From Chrysomallon squamiferum (Eukaryota > Animalia > Mollusca), in NCBI GenBank assembly GCA_012295275.1, contig CM022678.1, positions 5,580,001 through 5,644,000 of the forward strand: a stretch of DNA of 64,000 nucleotides, in the 5' to 3' direction. A program made the translations under genes and the position numbers. Below are positions 58,337-64,000 of the stretch, piece after piece. Positions within the stretch are counted from its first letter, which is position 1; every line of letters starts with the position of its first letter. The notes beneath the pieces were generated by a model, which saw only the letters and a program-made list of their open reading frames with translations, was not told where the DNA came from and searched no databases.

Positions 58337-59414
58337 TATGTTTATAATCATTTGATACCGGTATATATATATTTATAGATGTATATTACTGTAATATAAT
58401 TATATTTATATGTATGTAAAAATATAAAATATGCATATATTTTAATATTATATATATATATATTGGTGTGTAAACTCTTTATTATTTATTTATGTATTTA
58501 TTTATTTATGTATTTATTTATTTATTTATTTATTTATTTTTTATTACATTTTTTTATTATTATTTATTTATTTATTTAGTAGTAGCTCTTCGAGCTTTTA
58601 AATTTACTAGAATGATTTTTATATGATACTTGTATCAAGTACATGGATATTATGTATTTTTATTTTGTCAAACGATGACTGTACCTTTGTTTACAAAACT
58701 GTTAATGACTTTTTCATTTCATATTTTTATAATACTTAAATTAATACTTCATGACACAATGACTGATTATGCACTGATGCTAAACGAATCAAGCTATATA
58801 AAAAAATGCGAAATATTTGGTTATAAAAATAAACAAATTAGTTTTAATAGTTCTGTATTAGAAGATTATTATTTATTTTTTGATAGTATTATTATTAAAT
58901 ATTCAGCTTGTTTGTTTCTTTGTTTTCTGTTTTGTTTTGTTTTTTCATTTATTTTTATTTTTATTTTTTATTTTTTTTCGTCTAAAGACAATTTATATAT
59001 TAGCCAACTGGTATAAAATTAATTTAAAACAGTATAGGAAATTACAATACAATAAATAAATTTTGTACTGAGTAATGGAACAGATTGTTGCATTAATGAT
59101 CTTATATATATTCATTATAATTTAGGCAGTATAATCGTAGATATATATATATATATGTATACACATACTAAAATAATATATTTAAATACATTAAAGGATT
59201 ATATGTAAATAAAATAAATATAGAAAATTTAGTAAGCCATTAAAATATGTGTCACGTTTTCCTTAAAATATTAAAACAATAACATTATTAATAATAATAA
59301 TAATAATAATGTAAAAAATAATAGCAATAATAATAATAATAATAATAACAACAATAACAACAACAATAATAACAACACCAATAAAAAAATAATAATAATA
59401 ATAGTAATAATAAC

Positions 59415-59449
<35 letters not shown>

Positions 59450-59639
59450 CATCATAATAACAATAATCAAAACAATAATAATAATAAAACAATAACAACA
59501 ATAATAACAATAACAACAACAATAATAATAACAATAATATTAACAATAATAATAATAATAACAGTAGTAATAATAACAGTAATAACAACAACAATAATAA
59601 CAACAATAACAATAATAAGAATGTAAAAGACAAACTCAC

Positions 59640-60501
59640 CAGGACCGGCTCGTCTCAGTCCTTGCTGCAGCGCCATGTTGTTGAACGTGTTCCACGGCGA
59701 CAGCTCGGGACTCATGTACGTCGGGTACGGGTTCAGGCCCCCGGGGCGGGGCAGCGGGGTGCTGAAGCTCGTGGCGTCGGGCCGTCCCGTCGGGGTGGTC
59801 GAGATGGGCGAATTGGCGCCGGGGGTGAAGGCGAACCTGGGCGAGACGGGCGGGTGGGTGTTGGCCGTGCTGTACGACACCCCGTCGGGCTGCATCCCCC
59901 ACATGGCCGGCGAGTTGGGCGTGGTGACCGCCTGGCCCGTGCCGCCGTAGCCCATGGGGATCATGGAGCGCGTGGTGGGCACGTAGACGGGGCTGGCGCC
60001 GCTGTGGATGAACGAGTTGGACGGGTTGTCGTGCGGGTAGCTGGCGCCCGCGCTGGGCATCGACATCGAGTGCATGGCGTTCTGGAACATGGCGGGGTGC
60101 GTCGAACTGAGGGACTCGGGCGCGTGGTGGTGGTGGTGGTTGTTGGAGGAGGAGGAGGAGGAGAAGGAGCCAGGGATTCCCGGCCGCTCCAGGTGGTTGA
60201 AGAACACCTCGACGTCCTCGCTCGGAAGAAGTGGACCGTTTCCTTGGACGTTCAAACCCGCACCAGCCTGCATAACACGGTCCCGGGGGTAGGGATCGCC
60301 AGCAGACGGGACCCGGGAGGAGGAGCTGTTGTTGTTGTTGTTGTTGTCGTTGACGTTGTTCCGAGGTGGGGCTGAGTCGCGACGGGGTTGCAGGAGGCTC
60401 GCGTGGACGTCGTTGTTGTTTTCGTTGTCGTTGTCGTTGTTGTTGTCGGGCTCTTGTTTGATGCTAGGGTAACGTATCCAAGATGATTCACTTTGGGCCA
60501 T
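59640..60501 (-). CDS. GATA4/5/6: GATA4/5/6-class transcription factor, first coding exon (N-terminal activation region)
   Basis: GC-rich ORF starting MAQSESSWIRYPSIKQEP, containing SPVYVPTTR (GATA4/5/6-type motif), PPVSPRFAF and LNPYPTYMSPELSPW. It ends at donor G|GTGAGT (59640/59639), phase 1, which joins the next exon in frame (G+AT = Asp). Confidence 0.93.
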
Positions 60502-60657
60502 GTGACTCCTCCATTCGCCACATAACAGAATCAAAGAGCGAGGAACAAAAACACAAACACAAAAAAAAAAAAAAAAACAAGAAGCCCAAAAACGATTTGG
60601 ATTTCTAGTGTGAAAAAAAATGAAGAAGAGTTCTGAATCGTCAGGAGCAATGACCTG
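60502..60657 (-). other. Probable 5' UTR part of the first coding exon with a candidate upstream splice acceptor
   Basis: ctttaCAG|GTC acceptor-like site at 60657-60655. An alternative tttttgCAG lies at about 61402-61404. No transcript evidence is available. Confidence 0.35.
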
Positions 60658-61590
60658 TAAAGTATCTCTTTAAACCAAACGTTAATCTCCAAGAATTAAT
60701 TTTTCTTCAGGAAAAATGTTTCGTTCCTTTTTTTTTTTTTTTTTTATAGAATTTATTTAATTCCTTTATTATTTTCGTTTATTCTGTATATTTTTATTTA
60801 TTTTATAAAACAACGTATCTTTTTAAATTCACATTCAAATTTTAGCCAACAATCTCAAGGTGTCGCGTTACAAGACAATAGCAATTCTGTTTCTTCTGTT
60901 CTTTTTGGGCGTCTGCTAGAATTGAAATATTACAGTATATCGTGTGACGTATTTGTTTCTCTCTCTCTCTTTCTCTTTCTCTCGTCTTCCAGCATAGAAA
61001 TATATTTCAGTGACGGGATTTGAGATAAAAACAAGATTTCGGAAAATAACAGATCGCTATAAGCTGGAATTAGAACAATGTAAGTAATGGAATTGACTCA
61101 TGTGACAGAAAGCGAAAAAACGTTTTCGTCTGACGTCACTTCAAGAAGATTTTTCTTTTGTTTTTTTCTTTCTTTTCTTTTTTGCACACGATTTTGAGTT
61201 ATTATAATACCAGTTAATTTATTCCACTGTTTTGAGTTTATAAAGTTTAGATGTTTTTTTTTTTTTAATTTATGAAAAAAAACGGTTAAAACGGCAGAGA
61301 ATTCTCGATTGAACAAATATTTCCAGAAGTGTTATTCTGTTGTGAGTTCCACAAAAACTGTCTCTGTTTAATCCAGAATTGATTAGTCAGCTTCCAATAC
61401 CCTGCAAAAAGTTAATAAAAATAATAATAATAATAATAATCATAATAACAACAACAACTACAATAATAATAACAACAACAACAATAATAATAATAATAAC
61501 GATAACAGTAATAATAATAATAATAATAATATAATAATAATAATAATAATAATAATCACAATAATAATCATAGTAACCATAATCACGATC

Positions 61591-61627
<37 letters not shown>

Positions 61628-61779
61628 TAATGATAATAATGAAGATGATGATCATAATAACACTGTGACGATGATAATAACCATAAAATGATGACAATAA
61701 AATTAATGATAATGATACTAATAATAATAATAATTCTAACGATATTAACGATATGAAACCAGCGATAATATCTTTAATG

Positions 61780-61837
<58 letters not shown>

Positions 61838-62792
61838 TAAAAATAATAGTAGTAGTAGTAGTAGTAAATCAAGCTCATCTAAAGGAATAGAGAGAATAAT
61901 GAAATGATACTGTTCTACTGAATTAACAATGTAACTACATAGAAATGTATAATAACTATATTATACAGGTACGTTTAAAGGTAAATTTATATAAAATTAT
62001 TATTATCATAAGGTGTAGAATTAACAAAGATATAGAAGAATATTATACTGAAACACTGGAAATAAATTTAAATATCATAATCTATACAATTAATAAACAT
62101 TATGAACTATTATTATTATATATATAATACAGACATATTTGTAAATCAATGTAATTCATAACTGTTACCATAAACTGTACTATTAATTAACACACAAGAA
62201 AATATAAGATAATATGCAGTTAAGCTGAAATTATTTTCATAAACAACATTAAGATACACAAATAAGATACACAAATAATACACAACTTTTTGTAAATAAA
62301 TTAACAATTCTTCACAAACTAGGCAACTATTATACTTAGGCAAATAAAAACAGCGAAAAATTATATAAATTCATAAATATGTTCATACTTTATAATCCAC
62401 AACCGCAGAAAAACAAATTCAGTATTGGGCAATTCTTGCAAATGAATGTTAAACATGAGTTTAATCATTACGGAAATAACGCACGTTACGTTAAAATAAA
62501 TTTCAAAAAAAAAAAAAAGAACCACCATCTAAGTAATTCTAAAATTATCTAAAACAACAAACAGTTGAAGTCGAGCGAATGAACTGAGAATGTTTTAATG
62601 GTCGTTAAACTGAATGTCTGTGAGTTGTTAACGCTTAAAACAAATAATCTGCAAACAGTATTCTGTGTCTGTGTGTTCAGTAAATTAACGTAACCGTTTT
62701 GAAGTTCGGATCATCATTATAATTAACACTGAAAAAACAAACCGTTCAGTTGAGGTTAATTCTTATAAACACAGAGATGAATGTATCTAGAT

Positions 62793-62916
<124 letters not shown>

Positions 62917-63269
62917 AAAAAAAATATATTAAAGCTTGCAAATATCCTAATTTCAAGAAAAAAATATATAGTTTGCCTGTTATAAAATTAAAACAGGAAA
63001 GATATTTGTCTTATCATAATTATAATTAAATAAAAATAATAAAATGTATGTTCTGTATTGAAATGAATGCATTAAAGGTATTTGTCCTATTCTTGAAAAA
63101 AAACCTTACAGTTATTTACAATACAATATCCATTTTAAAAAGAATAAAGATATTTAGCATAGAGTGAGTTCAGTTTAATATTAAACAGTAAAAGAAATAC
63201 AACAAAATAATGGTGCTGTTTTTAAACTAAAATAATAAAATATATATTATATTTATTTATCCTGTTTTA

Positions 63270-63790
63270 AAATCTAAAGTATAAAAATACTTATCCTTGT
63301 TCAAAATTTTAAAAACAAAAATTAATTAATCCACATTGAAATTTAAAAAAACAAAAATTAATTAATCCATTTTATAATTTAAGCAATACAAATTAATTAT
63401 TCTTTTTTTGACATTTAAATAATAAAAATATTCTTACCAGTTTGAAATTTAAACAATAGAAATTAATTATCCTGTATTATAATTTAAAGAATAAAAATAA
63501 TTTTTCTTATTTTGTTATTTAAACAATAAAAAATAATATCTATTCTGAAAAATATACAATTAAATATGCTATTCTGAAATTTAAACAATGTAAATATCCT
63601 ATTTTGAAATCTAGAAAAAATCTATATATCACCATTTTAAAAATTTAAACAATAAAAATGATTTATCCAATTTCAAAAAAATGTATATAATCACCATTTT
63701 CATAAATCTAAACAATAAAAATAATTTATCCAATTTAACAAATTTTAAAATTATCAAAAAATAAATAAAAATTAATGACAAATTGAATAT
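63270..63790. repeat. Degenerate AT-rich ~40-bp tandem repeat
   Basis: Recurrent aatttaaacaataaaaat...atcc units. Confidence 0.65.
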
Positions 63791-64000
63791 TAATTTTACT
63801 ACAATCATCATTAATAATTAAAACAAAATTAACGCTACGAACCAAATGACGTCATTCAAACACAAAAACTCGCTCTGCTGAAATTAACGCTTCTTTAAAG
63901 GGTGCGAGGGAAAAATCCTTTGAAACGAAACATCCCCGCAACAAAAACGTTATAGAAGCGACACAAACACACACAAACCGTTAAGATCACAAGTCACGGA

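Noticed and set aside
59662-60375. 237-aa plus-strand ORF and other overlapping ORFs
   Set aside because: Antisense or alternate-frame shadows of the GC-rich GATA exon.
59467-60534. Full 355-aa ORF as listed in the track
   Set aside because: It starts at a non-ATG codon and reads through the GTGAGT donor into an intronic microsatellite. The real coding part is 60501-59640.

Overview
AT-rich animal genomic DNA dense in microsatellites. A lophotrochozoan, probably a mollusc, is my inference from gene content and repeat style. Almost all of the supplied ORFs are translated simple repeats. Two real loci are present. (1) A minus-strand GATA4/5/6-class transcription factor whose five coding exons I could assemble by hand with canonical GT-AG sites and matching phases: 60501-59640, 48257-48085, 41693-41568, 40829-40727 and 37831-37512, giving 1584 nt or 527 aa. 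(2) A tandem-duplicated, intron-less, signal-anchored FkbM/Methyltransf_21 methyltransferase cluster with one intact copy (6600-7619), one frameshifted copy (12432-13450) and two inverted 5' fragments (4089-4581). The most striking unexplained signal lies in the GATA intron between the two zinc-finger exons. A ~70-nt inverted copy of the N-finger exon (46506-46574) can base-pair with that exon in the pre-mRNA. It is enclosed by its own competing stems and overlaps CTCF-, DR1- and ETS-CRE-like motifs. In the same intron, the C-finger splice acceptor has been amplified into a tandem array of decoy acceptors (41694-42835). Together these suggest RNA-structure-based control (editing or splicing) of the GATA DNA-binding domain. 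All functional interpretations are untested inferences.
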